Counted from the whole stretch's first letter, positions 44,763 to 57,869 are shown. The stretch: DNA of 63,216 bases, filler included, from Pelomyxa schiedti (GCA_020536535.1; 12 parts of 12 records of this genome joined end to end with filler, not necessarily neighbours in it), one strand, 5' to 3'. Made by a program: numbers and translations. The notes: generated from the letters alone by a model not told the origin.

Positions 44763-47320
44763 TCACATGTCAGACAGTGAGAGCCCCAGCTTCTGCATTG
44801 ACGCTTTGATGTGCAGTGGTGATGCGCACACCAACGACTTGAGGTGAGTGATGGCAGTTGTACCTGTCATCTCTGGAAACGCCTGCAGGAGCATTTTCCA
44901 CATTGAAACAGTGATCTGCCGCCTGAGCGTGTGTTTCTGTGTCATGGCAACAATCTGTGTGTGTTAGCGTGTGTACTAGTGAAGATAGTGCCCACCTCAT
45001 TCAAAGTCACATTGAAAGTGCGCAGAAACCACTTTGTGCAGCTTGTCTTGTTGCTGGAAATGAGAACTGCCAGGAGGTGGTTGCTGTCCAGTTTTACTTG
45101 TTCCTCATTCAAGTGAAAGTGCTGAATCAACCCCTTGACAACTTTTCCAGACTGAAATCTACTTGATGCCATCAGGAGGATGACCTCCATGCACAGTGGC
45201 CCACTGTGGCCCTGCTCCATCTTATGCAAAATAGTATGGGCATGCAAGAGGTCACATGAAGAAAAAATNNNNNNNNNNNNNNNNNNNNNNNNNNNNNNNN
45301 NNNNNNNNNNNNNNNNNNNNNNNNNNNNNNNNNNNNNNNNNNNNNNNNNNNNNNNNNNNNNNNNNNNNCAGACTGAAATCTACTTGATGCCATCAGGAGG
45401 ATGACCTCCATGCACAGTGGCCCACTGTGGCCCTGCTCCATCTTATGCAAAATAGTATGGGCATGCAAGAGGTCACATGAAGAAAAAATACCAGCAATGG
45501 TCCTGCTTTTGTGAAGTGCCTCTGAGCAACCTGCAAATGACTCGAGTAAAAATAATGCAGATTTGCTGTAGCCTCTCTCAAGCCGGTAATAAAAGGCTTC
45601 TGCCACTCCCTCTTTGCTGATGGTTGTTACATTTGCACAATGTGAGAGGAACCACTGGACCCCGCCAGTACCGTCCCCATGCACAGAAACACAACACTGC
45701 CTGAAGGCTTCATCAGTGGCGCTGCTATTGGCAGCATTCACTTGGTCCATCACATGAAAGGTTTTTTCCAGCCAGTCAGCAATTGATGTGTTGTTGCTAT
45801 AGAGAGATTTAGCAAGGCACCCCACCTGCTCCTCTGGTGTGATGGGTGGCTGTGGGTGTGGTGACATTTTTGTCAAGAGGAACCTCACGAGTGAGACAGA
45901 GTCATTCTTGTTCCCGCATGCTACAATGAAAGTGTCAGGAGTGATATACCCAACACTGTCTGTGCATTTGGTAATCACCCACTGCACAAGGTCCTCATCT
46001 GCATTTCCTCTGCAGATTGAACGCAAGTCGCTCTGTGTTGGAGTGATTGAATTGTCTTCAACAGCACACTTGAAAGCCAGTGGTTTTTTGACAAGCACAC
46101 TGGAAATTAAACTGTAGCTTGGTGGGAGGCGGTGCCTTTCTTTCAACCACTTCCATCCTTCTTTAAAGAGAGACACATCTTCAGAAGAAGCTAAATATGA
46201 AAGAAAGTGAGAATGTATCATGTATTTGACCTTCACAGGTAGTGGTGAACCGCCACAGAACAGATCAGTGCAAAACTTCATAACTTCCAGACTTGGGCTG
46301 GCAATGAACTCGCCACACTCTCCAATAACATGCTGAGCAAGGATCTCCCAACAGGCACCAACAACATCAGTGGAGGAAGCCATCCACTTGACCACCTCAA
46401 TGTTGCCCCACCTCACAGCTGCACGGAATGGCATTGGGACCTCCCAAAGCTCTGTTCCAACGCCACTGAACCTTGACATCACCCACTTGACAACCTCCAG
46501 GTTCCCACCCTTGCATGCGTGAAACAGCACACTGTGTGGGTTTGATTCACTGCAAGATGTCTCTCTGATGTCATCAATCAAATCAGAGTCATCCACAGGC
46601 CAGCTCAGGAGCCTGCATCCACTCCACGGTGCTGCACCCACACCACCACTCCTTTCAACAAGTTCCCTTGCCATTTCAATGTGTCCTCCTCTTTTTGATT
46701 AGAATAATGAAAAGACAACTGAAAGTAAAAAATTTTACATACTGTGTAAAAAAGAAAAAGTAAATATAAAACAGCACACCAGCACAGAGTCCCTTCAAGA
46801 CAGCAAGGCACTCTTTTCTTATGTTCCTTGTTTCCTTTCTCCTCAGGATCCAATAGATGCACTTTTTGCTCCCAACCTCCCCGGCACACCTCAACAAAAA
46901 GTACCTCGAAGTGCACACTGTCCCACAATCGTCCTCGGACCACGCCCCACGGACACGCTCACCTTGGAGCAACGCGCACGCCCTCGGCACCAGTGGGAAC
47001 AGAGCCTCGGCGATGCCGAGCAGCCAACGGCACTGCGACATCGACAGCGGCACGCCACGATTATGGGAGGGATGCACCAACGTGGGAACCACAACGTGGT
47101 CCCACACTACACGCGACACCGTCATCGTCCACGCAACTTCAACCATAATCGATTGGGCAGAGTCTCTGGGAAAAGGGTTTTTTTTGATGAATGGCGCTTG
47201 GAAGTCATTGAAACGGGCGGTTGGTGTTGCGAAGGACGACAACTGCAGGACGAACAATGATGGGAGCGAAATGGTGTCGTGGAACACGGAACGTTGGCGA
47301 AGTGTGTGCGTCGCTGTCAT
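44763..47320 (-). CDS. Ankyrin-repeat-like family protein (3 exons)
   Basis: GLCAG|GHIEMARELV, LFHACKGGNLEVVKWV and AAVRWGNIEVVKWM. Introns at about 46690-46775 and about 44955-44995. The gap at 45269-45368 is flanked by a 120-bp overlap (artefact), and the frame is continuous once it is collapsed. Confidence 0.85.
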
Positions 47321-47600
47321 TTTTGGCTGCACTACGACGAGGACCCACGATCTTCCTCGGAGGCGCAGCGGGGGTCGCGGTTGCGATTGTGGGATAAGAG
47401 GCCTGCTGTGGCCTGTGATCAAGTCAATTTGCTTGCTGATAAAACCGGCCTTCTTTGGTGTATGTATTTGTTTCTTCTATGTATTTGGATTAGGATATCC
47501 CCATATTAAAATTATTATAGAATAATTTGTATATTTTTTAATGTTTTTATTTGTGTGTTTTTTTTTTGTTTGCACACAAGAGAGGTCTTTTTCTGACATT

Positions 47601-48308
47601 ATGATTGTGGCGTTGTTGTTGTCCTTTTGCATGCACGGTGCTACCGCCATCTAGTTCAAGAAAAACGAAGCCTATCGAGTGAGTAACAATGGACTGATTG
47701 CAACAAGGATTGGTGAAGATATGTATTGGTGGATCCTCTCGAGTGACAGCTTTTGTCTGCCCGACGGCTCTGGCGTGGACTTGTCACTCTTGGGAATAAA
47801 CGAAAGAACCATAAAGGAGAGAGCAACGTGTTGGTGGGGAATCACTGGTGCCCTCATCCCAGTGGACTTCAACCCAAAACAAAAGGCCAGATGGAAGAAA
47901 AATGCCACAACCAGGTCGGTTCCTCACACACCAGTTTTCTCTTACTCCCTCATACACAGGTGTTACAAAATCCACAGTTATGGCGGTCTTATGGTGGGAA
48001 TCCTGGGCTACACATCTGAAATAGATGTCAGTGCTTTCAAATTCCGCAGCGATGTCTATTCTAGGCCTCCAGGATGTGAATACTCAGTGATACTCCTTTG
48101 CTGCAATGGAACAGTTTTTTGGAGGCACAAAGATGGCTTTATGCAACCGACACCAACTCCCAGAAACTATCCAGGTGCATTGAACGCAGTTGGAATTGAG
48201 TTCACAGTTGAAGTTGACATGGCTGCTGGAACCCTGGAAGCCTTTGCTGGTGACGGGTCACTTTCCCAGCCACTGACACTCCCAAGGTTCAGTGGCCCCT
48301 TTCAATAA
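47601..48308 (+). pseudogene. SPRY/B30.2-like domain protein with lineage-type N-terminal motif; in-frame TAG near the start
   Basis: LMVGI..., ILLCCNGTVF and EFTVEVDMAAGTLEAF resemble SPRY beta-strands. ATG 47601 is in frame but followed by TAG at about 47652. Confidence 0.5.
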
Positions 48309-48762
48309 CATTCAACCAAGTGTTTCCAAAAACAGAGTGTCAGAGCTCGGCCAGCGTATCTTTTGGTATCACGCCTGTGCTGTCTTCTATGCCAACTCTG
48401 TTGTAAAACTGATTCCCTTAGGAATATAAAAAGGAATTTTATTTGTTATTTAAGGTGCAGCGTTTGGATTCGATTTCCTTTTATTTGGAATACACGTACG
48501 ATTATGATTCAATTTCTAAAAACTGTCACCATTCAAAGGAATATTTGAAGGAGACAGCACCACGCTTTGCGGGTGAAAACAGTTTATAAAACTGCCTTAC
48601 GACTGCCCGTGATCTCCATGGGCTAATTGATTGAATTTTACTTCTCTTCTGCCCGTCGATTATGAAGGTCGGTCAGACAAGCCGGTATTATGGGTGTGCT
48701 TTCCGCCCCTCGTATCCTCTTCTCTGTGGAGATGAGATGAAGTGGTGTGAGGTTATGTGGAA

Positions 48763-48834
48763 TCCGATGTGGTGTAGTTGGCAACATCTCTGACTTTCAC
48801 TCAGTGGCCCCGGGTTCGATTCCCGGCATCGGAA
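48763..48834 (+). tRNA. tRNA-Glu(TTC)
   Basis: TCCGATG/CATCGGA acceptor stem, CT-TTC-AC anticodon loop, GTTCGATTC T loop, 72 nt. Confidence 0.95.
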
Positions 48835-48840
48835 TTTTTT
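48835..48840 (+). terminator. Pol III oligo-T terminator
   Basis: T6 run directly after the tRNA-Glu discriminator base. Confidence 0.8.
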
Positions 48841-48886
48841 GTTTTCTTTCTTAGGGGTCAAGGGATTGTTTGTGTATCGTTGGGTG

Positions 48887-51800
48887 TTAGGGGACCATTG
48901 GGAATGATGTTACAGATTCCTTTGACGGGGTGCGTGTGCGTTCCAGCATTGATTCGGCCTCCACTTTGAGGCACTCTATCCCACCATTGAGAACCGTCAC
49001 CTTGTTAATATTGTGGTCCAGTATCAGCGAGTTTGCAAACTGAAGAAAGCATTGTCAGTAAGTTGCGTTTTTTAATTTATTTGTATTCCTATTATATAGT
49101 TGTTGTATATTATTATGTGCCGGGTGGTGCGTGGATGGATGAACCTTTGGGGCCTCTGATCCGCTGCCTATGACTACAACAGGGCCCTTGAGTTGGTCAA
49201 AGTATTGACTGAGTGCCTTTTGTTTCATGGCACCAACACACACGCTGTTGGGGAAGTGGTACATTCCATACTCGGTGGGTGGCCGGATGTCAAGGACAAC
49301 ACCATCATAGGCCAGAATCACAAGGTCTTGCAATGAAATTCTAGGGTAAAGGGATTAGATACTGGAACTGTTATGGAAAGAAGAGGTGTTTCAGGGAACA
49401 CCTGGGAGCAAGTTCCCCCATTCTTTCGTCCAGTGGGATTGGTTTCCTCCACCAGGGAAGGCATTCATGGAGCTATTTGTTTTAAGTAAATTAGCAAATT
49501 TAGATGGCGAGGACTGGAGCAATACCGAATCTCTGCTTGAGGGAAGGGAGGGGTTCATTGTAATGGAGAGAGGTGTTTCTGAAGAGCGAATAAGGGCCTG
49601 TGAAATGCATCTCTCCATATCAATATCGGGTAGGTTTGAAAAAAGAGTAATACAGTTCTCAAAGCTCAGTGGAAGAATCGTATCTCTGAGTTGAAGCATG
49701 ATCTAGGAGTTTGAGGTAATGCCAGAGAGCAGATTGGGACATAGAAGAACCTCTAGGGCAATGAAGAAAGGGAAGGAAGGCGTTCCAAGAAGAATCTTAT
49801 CCCACAGTGGATACACTCTCTCAAGAGGGAAAATATCTGAATTAAGGTTATCAAAGAAAAAGGTGGCAATGAAACAGACAAGTGAATTGAGTTAAAAACC
49901 AGGAGATCGCATATAGATGAGGGTGAAAACCAATCTCATGTAGATGAACAGCCAAGGCTGCATCATGAAATGCAACGAGTTGTCTGTGGGCTGGTGAAAC
50001 GGCTTGTAAGATACATTGAAGGAAACCTGAATGTCAAAAGGTAGCTTTGCAGAAAGAGAGAATTGTCACGTTCAAAAAACTTTTGCGCGTAATGAAGAAC
50101 AAAGTTGTTCAAGCACATGAAAGCCTGTGCCTCAGAGCACGAAAGTGCAATAAAGGGAGCAAGAATGGAGTCAAGTCCTGCAATTGTTGAGTTTGTAAAC
50201 AATTGGACCACATATTACCTTGCCAGTATGTGAGCTGTGGATTGGCTTTCACCCAAGCGTGCAAGACATTGCGCAGGCGTGTATGCCCCTGAGGGGATGC
50301 GAGAAGCTGTTGGTATTGATGGCATCTGTTTGCAGAACCAGAGAAGAAGGTATTAACAATCGAGAGTGGCGCAGTGCAATTGTAGTTTCATTACCTGGGG
50401 ATGTCTAAATCAATTTGTTTATCACTTGGCCCTTCAATGAACTAGTGCAGTGAATTAAAGAAAAAACACCTGAGAGAAGGTGTGATACGTTGTTGTATTT
50501 ATGGTACAGTTCGCCGCAGGTATCATCCCTCACGCCAAGTATAACTTACTTCAAATTATTTGTATGGCTGTAATAATAATTTGGCATACCACACCAAATT
50601 TCACGCCGAAGGCACGATGGGATGTCAATGGATGCCTGCCGGATTGTCTCTTCCCGCACAGCGTTATCTGTTGTGCGGCAATACTTATACCTTTGTATAA
50701 GCTCACGAAACAACTCAACCCGAAAAACGAGGTAGTCTACATCTGGTACCTTTTTGGAGTTGGTGATTTAGTATGTATAAATGGCGGACTACTTACAGAA
50801 GTGTTACCCCATGTCTTCTCACAATATCTGGACATTTTGTAGTAGTTATCTCCGAGATCTCCACCAAAAGGTGTCGTTGATGTAGTAGAAGTTGGTGTTG
50901 GGGATCTCGCAGGAGAAGCAGAAGATAGAGGGGAATGGCTTCTGCCTGGGGGAGATGCAGTTCTAGAAGAGAAGGAATCACTGCTGAGCTGCGGCGTCGG
51001 GTCAGCAAGACTTTCCAAAGAAAGTGCTGGTGTCCGAAGCAGGCTTGGGAAAGTAAGTCTTTGAAAAACAACAGTGGATGTGTACTAGTAAAATAGGGAA
51101 TCCAAATTTATAAGTGTTATTTGGGCACTGTACAACAGACAAGTATCTTGAAGGGTGTGTTGTGGAGAACACCCGCTACCGGGTGTATTATGCCATATAT
51201 GAGGTATTCGGAGAACAGGCTGTGGTATCTATGATTGTATTATTGGCCATATGTCTAAGTACTTTCCTAGAAGGAAAACCTGTGCCAGTTCATTTTCTAG
51301 ATTCCCTCCTCTGAGCTTCCAAACATAGAAGAGTTCCCCACAAGTAAATGGTTTTCCGTCTCTGTGTACTGGGTGCTGGCCTACCGCTTGTTATGTACCT
51401 CGTGATGGAGAGGGAGTCACATACTTGGCTCATGAGGTGGAACATACCCATCATCAGACATGGACAAGCACCACAAATGTGGTTTCTTGGCCCATAGTTC
51501 ACTGAAAAATAAATCACAATGGAAGCTCCATTTTTATTATACCTCGGCAGGGGAGCAGCACCAAAGCGGGCAAAAATGGGTTGCATTTGCAGCTGAAAAG
51601 CACTGGGCCTTTTCCTGGAATCCAACTCAAAGCAGCTACGCAATAAATTCTATTTTTCAGTCATATCAAGATAAGTGTTTACTTTTTGGGTACCTGGAAT
51701 GGTGGGGAAAGGGAGGGCCACACATTTTGATTTTTGCCAAGTAGTGCCTCAGTTGAAAGCCATGCGTCAATCCTTGAATTTCCTTTGGCAAAGAAGGTCT

Positions 51801-52860
51801 AGCTCGGTTACATAAAATCCTATTAAAGGTACAAAACCTCTTGCTCTGGTGTTCCTAGAGGCGAAGCTTGTATATCATGACCTGCCAGCTGAAGTATCTA
51901 TGTAGAGCAGTAAGAAGGGAGGAAAAGCAGAAGTTACTTGCCTTTTGAAGTATAATATTAGGCCTGTTGTTTGGCTTCAAGGCTGCGGAATCCCAAAGGC
52001 GATGCCCTACAAGCAGGGAAACCGCCACAACTCCTAAAGCCCACACGTCTACCTTTGTGTGAAATTGTGACGATTTTTGCCTGTACTTAGAATAACAAAC
52101 GGGATTTACCTTTGGGTCTGTTGGACCATGTGGTCCAGTTGCAATGGCTTCAGGTGAAAGGTAGTGAGGCTCTCTGAGTGACAATTGGAATTTATCGAAC
52201 AGTATTATTGATACCCAATAACAAAATCGACTTTGGACCCATTATCAGTCAGGAAAAACAGCCCCCAGTCAGAGAGTAATGCTCGATCCTGCACAGATTT
52301 AGAGAAAGATATAAATACAGTCCTACCTTGTCAATAACAACTGTCTCTAATGATAAATTTCTGACAGTGATATGGTGTTCTGCCAGAAATGAGAGTGCTG
52401 ATAGAATACCCCACAAAAACTTTATGACTTCACTTTCAGGCAAGCCGTTGCCACTACGTGCAATCAGTGTAAGTGAAGATATTACAATTGGTGTTACTCA
52501 GACTCCTCCAAGAGATTTCTCAGAGACTTAGGGTAATGCTCAGAGACTATAATCATTCTATCTTTTTGTTGTTCAGTTTATCTGGCACTATACAACAACA
52601 AGGTGTTTTGGACTCAGCCAAGGAAGAATACTGTATTTTCCTCTCAATACGTCAACATATTCACACAAATGTGGGTGCCTCAGAGTCTTAATTTTACTAT
52701 GAAACCTACAACCAAAGTCACACAGTCGAATGACTGTTTCTTTTTCTGTAAAAAAACGAAACCTTCCCACAATGATGGATGCGGGGGTGTGTTTCTCACG
52801 GGAGATAGGCACTACCCTCGTCATCCTCACAGGGAACGCCTGTACGCCAAGGCTACTCAT
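48887..52860 (-). CDS. TBCK: TBC1 domain-containing kinase (pseudokinase-TBC-rhodanese), multi-exon
   Basis: Kinase-like region: [41 protein letters not shown] and DVWALG. TBC: [21 protein letters not shown]|CHQY, YWQ|GLDSILAPF. Rhodanese: [15 protein letters not shown] and VLNGGI. This is the diagnostic TBCK domain order. Confidence 0.95.
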
Positions 52861-52979
52861 CCCAAGCGACAACGCCGCTTCGTCCGAAATTGATTTGATG
52901 GCCAATCGGAAAGTGCAAGTCTCTGGACTTAGATTGATTGGCACCACTCCGCTGCAAACCCAATTGAAAGCGGTTCCAC

Positions 52980-53990
52980 GTGCATAAATATTCACCTGAG
53001 CACGGGCACCTGGCCTGGTCAGATCTCAAGATTTCCCCCAAAGGGTTGAAGTGAACCGATCACGAGTGCCCCTTGTGGGACACTTGTTGCTGAATGAAAA
53101 TATGCCCCTGGTGTCTGCAATAGATATGCATAGTGGCGCATTGTGGTGGCACAACAACAAGGCCTTGACGTTGAGTCGACTTTCGGCCCAGATAAACTAG
53201 TAGTTTCGTTCCGCACTGCATCCTGGTCACATTCAAGTCTATTTCTGGAACATATCATTATCCGTCACTTGATATCTATACTTCACCCAAAAATCCTGAG
53301 TGCTTCCTTGTAGTAACTTACGGGTGTGCCCATAATGCCGGCCAACGTAAGGGCACAATACAGTGTATTTCAATGATGCATTGCTATAATTACAGAACAT
53401 ATTTTGGTATTACAACTGCCTTTCCAAAAACCAGGTATCTCAGCGGTGGTGCCTCAAAGCAGTGATATCACTTTTTCCCTAGAAAATATTACCAACTCCT
53501 TGGCAAGAATCATAAATGCCAGTTGGTGATTTCTGGCCGGCAGAAACACAATGAGAAAGTGTATATATCATATTCTGCATCCTTATTCTTACTTTCTAAT
53601 ATTCACCTCAAGTGACAATTTGTTGACATGATTTGCCAGAAAAAATACAGAAATTCCAAGAAAAGCTATACTTAATCACTCAATCTTTCAAACCCCATGT
53701 TAGCTCCCCGTCTTCTGTGTTAGTGCGCAATTTTCCTATATAATATCACTTTGAGAATATCAAAGTGGAGCTCTCATGTAAATATCTATCTTGTGACATC
53801 CAAATCTCACTTGACAACCCCTTCGAGATGAGTGAAAATGACCTATAAGGAGTACATGTACCGAAGCATCCAATCTTTTATATTCTGGGGAGAAAACTCT
53901 TTGTGGACATGCTCCATGTCCGCCAGAGTGTAAAGCTGAACCCCTGTGCAAAACAGCAGGTCTGTCATCACACTCCTATTTCCAGGTGTT
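52980..53990 (-). pseudogene. Decayed gene, unknown family
   Basis: Coding-like frame (..QNIKDWMLR / SFSLISKGLSSEIW..FSK*YYIGKL..WGLKD*VIK) interrupted by TGA and other stops. Confidence 0.35.
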
Positions 53991-55494
53991 TTTACAAGAT
54001 GTTGAGTTACTGGATTTTAACCTGGTAATATTATTTTATCACCAACATTGTGCTATGTTATGGCGTACTGTAAAAGAAACAAAAAAAGAGAAAAAGGAAC
54101 TGGGATCCCCACCGATGTGGAGATCCCAGAGAAAATTTAGTTTTGCCTTTTCCGAAGCCGCGTGGACCTGGAGAACCTAAACTAATCTAAACTAAACTAA
54201 GGGCACAGGGAGGTTGGGGGGTTGATCCAGAGGGGTACGAGAGTGAGAGATGTCGCCACGGTGAGGGGTTCACATACCCCCACTCCCCGCCACACGTTCC
54301 TTCACTTCCCCCTTCCCTGTGTGCCCGGCGGTTCCCCACCTTCGCCTGCTTTTCCTATCAAAAATTTTCCCACGACAGGTATTATGGGTCGACGTTGTTC
54401 TCTTTCCTGAAATGGTAACGCACCAAGTTGGTGTTTGCACTCCCTTGTTTTTTGCTTTTTTCTTTCGTAGGGTATTGGTGTGTTGTACCTGCCGGGTCTA
54501 CTTTCCGATTCTCTTGATTGTTCTTCACCACACAGTTCGTTTTTCATTCTACTGAGGTCATTTTTTTCTAACACATCCTTAGAGTCGGCCTGCCGTGGCG
54601 TAAATTATGAAGGAGGATACAGCTACGGGTTGGTTGTGTTATGTCTTACTTTTGTTAACCCCCTCGGAGGTGGTGGAGGAAATGAATACAACCCAAATAT
54701 ACCAGAGCACTANNNNNNNNNNNNNNNNNNNNNNNNNNNNNNNNNNNNNNNNNNNNTTAATTAATTAANNNNNNNNNNNNNNNNNNNNNNNNNNNNNNNN
54801 NNNNNNNNNNNNAGTACGCATTGACCAGCAGCAAACACATCATGAATAACACAATCGCGCATCGCTTGGCGGTCGTAAGTTGTTTGGCTCTACGATATCT
54901 CTCGTGTGACGCGACTTCTGGGGGCACCACTGCCGCCTTCATGTTTTTATTTGTTTTTTACCTGAGATTTTACTCAGATACTCCGAGTGGAAATTCATCG
55001 ACCTTTTCCTTAGGCAGGGAACGAAAAACGTGACAGGACGTCGTGATAGGCAGACTTTTTCGCTAATGCGAATGCCCACCCCAAATTTATGTTTGATGAA
55101 CAAAAAAAGGTAAGTTTTTCTTCTACCTTTCGCTTCTGCTATACGTGTGTTTTTGGGTGTTGTTGTGACCAATGCGCAATGGTGTTCGACGTAGAGACAG
55201 GCCCAAAAATGCACGCAAGCAGGCCGAGCAGAGGCATACCTTCCAACAGACCAGTTTCTGGTCTGAACATGTGTAGCCATGCCTGAGATAGTCAACAGAA
55301 TCACAATGCAAGCACAACCTGATCTCACCTAACCATAGACAAACACCTTGTGAGCCAAAGTGTTCGCCCCGGGTGGGTTTCACTGAGGGAAAAGTTTTGA
55401 TGGTCTGATTTCCTTGAAAAAAACAAATATCCTCAAACAAGGCGGACCTGTCGAAAAGGCATTGGCAACAGTCCCAAACATCTCAGTGTGAGTC

Positions 55495-56260
55495 AAATGA
55501 ATCATTGGAGAAGTGGCAACACAACCAACAGTGTCAACCACAACCCAGCAGACAAGTGGTCAGGTGTCCTCAACTGTTGGAGGACATTCCTTGCAACACC
55601 ATCAAGGTAATACCTCTGTGGGTGTTACGTAGTCAGTCCTACCATCATAATGCATGTTTTAGGAGGTCATGAGGGAGTGATAATCCAGAAAGTCAAGGGA
55701 ACACCACTTCAGCACCAGTGACTCCTTCAAGCCCCTCTCATGAACTTGATGCCCGTGCTATCAGAGATAGCATTGTTCTTGACAACTACAGACCAGATGC
55801 AGGTCTTGTGAAGTGCTGGGCTGAATCCAGTTCCCCCTTTCTGAAGGAAGTGTTGGATCTGGCTGCTAACCACGAGTTTGAGGGCAAAGCAAATTTCATT
55901 CAAGAGTTGTCCACTGTGCAAGCCAGTAGAGAGAGACAAGCAGAGATCAAGAAAAGGCAAACTTTTCAAGCCTTAAATAAAAATTGTTGTACCTGGGAAC
56001 CCTGGTGGAATGGCTGAAGTTGATGGGAAGTACTTCTGGACTGCTGCCACATGTTTTCAAAGGACCAAGACTCACAGGAAAACTGAGTTGGACAGCATGT
56101 GACAGTGGGCAGCAAAGACACCCCAGTTTTTCTTGTTGAGATCTTTCAAAACACAGTCATCCATACAACAGATTTACATGACTTAGTCAGAGTAGTTAGA
56201 TATGTCTGATCACACTACTTACTCAGAGTTACTGCACAACCAAGAATGTTCTGTTAGCTT
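55495..56260 (+). pseudogene. Decayed gene, unknown family
   Basis: ORF 55718-56017 (DARAIRDSIVLDNYRPD..) flanked by coding-like sequence with stops. Confidence 0.3.
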
Positions 56261-57090
56261 CTGTGGGCTCAAGAATAAGCCCCACAGAGGAAGAAAACGA
56301 GTGAAGTGAAGAGAATAAAGGGTTCTCTTATGTGTTCTCATTGTTGTTTGTAAAGGGATAAAAAGGGAGTGTGTAAAATCTCGCAGAGTGGTTGTGTGAT
56401 TGGGTTAAAAGGCTGTGATGTTCAAATGGATTCTTGGACAAGTGTGCATGTAATCAAAACTGCCTGCCACGTTCTTGTATTTGTGTGCCCAGCTGCGCTG
56501 TGCGCTGATCATTACCTTCGCTGTCTCATTCTGGTAATAGTCCAGATTCGGCTCAGTCCTCAGTCTCTCCAATCCCGCTAAAGTGCGCCAGACTTCNNNN
56601 NNNNNNNNNNNNNNNNNNNNNNNNNNNNNNNNNNNNNNNNTTAATTAATTAANNNNNNNNNNNNNNNNNNNNNNNNNNNNNNNNNNNNNNNNNNNNACCA
56701 TTTTGGGGCATGAGCCCCCAACAACATCCCGCTGCATCCCACTCGGTTTGCTTTTTGGGCTCGTCGGCGCGTTGCGCGTCGGCGCATCAGTGCAGCAGTG
56801 TCTTCGCACATCTACACATCACATCAGCACATCGGCGCATCGTCGGCCTCAAAAAACAAATTTGTTTTGTCCAGTGGTGTCGCGGCATGCTCAGAAACGA
56901 GACTTGCCTGGAAGAAATGAGGAGAGGTTGTCAACCATCGTGCGTCATCAGTTTCCAAGTCAGGAAGCCAGTTGTGCAAACACGGTGTGACAACAACACA
57001 AACTGTGTTGTGTTGTTAGTGGTCATTAGTCAAATGGAAAAGTTGTCAGCCAATGCCATTCGCCACAAAAATAATTGCCACAAAAATATT

Positions 57091-57769
57091 TGCCACAACA
57101 CCAGGGTGCAGGGTGTACTGAGAGAGTTACACGGGTGAACAATAAAATGCGAAATGAGTTACTTTTTGGCATCAACGGGCCAGAAAAGGTCCTGGTTCTC
57201 TGTACCCTGTGAAGGGATAATTCTGAAATCTCTGGACCACATCTGGACCACACACATTCCATTTCGTGGTCTTTCCAGCTTCTGAGGACCATCACATGGA
57301 AAGATCCAAAGACCCAACACAGTCCTGTGGGGTTGCGTCAAACCTCCCCCCTTCTTAGCGTAGTCGCCCTCGACGACGCGTTGACTCGTGGCAGTGGTGG
57401 TTGTAGTGCTAGTTACAGGGCCTTGGACAGGTGGTATCACTAGTTGCGTTTCTGATGTCCGCGCGTACGACTTTGGCCTTGCCTCAAGTGAGTCCTCACG
57501 CGTGCGGTCGCTTGTATGTTATTTCCACTGTATGACTCTTCACCTTCCTCACCACAGGTGGTGGGTATTGTGGTGATGTCACAACAGTCTTCTTTATTGA
57601 CTCGTGATGCTTGGTGAACTTCCTTGGGAGAACACTTTCTGGTATGGATACGCCTTGACTCTTGCTCGGCGATTGTCCAACTGTGCTCCCCACAGGTTTC
57701 GATGGCAATATATTTACTGGCCTGCCTTGACTTGGTTTCTCGGCCGCTTTGGCTTTCGACTTAGAGCCA
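57091..57769 (-). mobile_element. 3' end of an LTR retrotransposon: degenerate pol tail, polypurine tract and ~250-bp LTR
   Basis: Minus strand: AAGAAGGGGGGAGG (57356-57343), then TT, then TGACGCAAC (57340) ... GTTGTGGCA (57091), giving TG..CA ends with a 7/9 inverted match. Upstream ARVKAYP resembles an integrase tail. Confidence 0.55.
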
Positions 57770-57869
57770 NNNNNNNNNNNNNNNNNNNNNNNNNNNNNNN
57801 NNNNNNNNNNNNNTTAATTAATTAANNNNNNNNNNNNNNNNNNNNNNNNNNNNNNNNNNNNNNNNNNNN

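Noticed and set aside
45149-45488. Internal duplication in the ankyrin-like gene
   Set aside because: Identical 120-bp overlap on both sides of a 100-N gap; a scaffolding artefact.
39400-56260. Alternative genetic code explaining the many in-frame stops
   Set aside because: Conserved genes terminate normally with TAA or TGA, and the interrupted regions also contain frameshifts.
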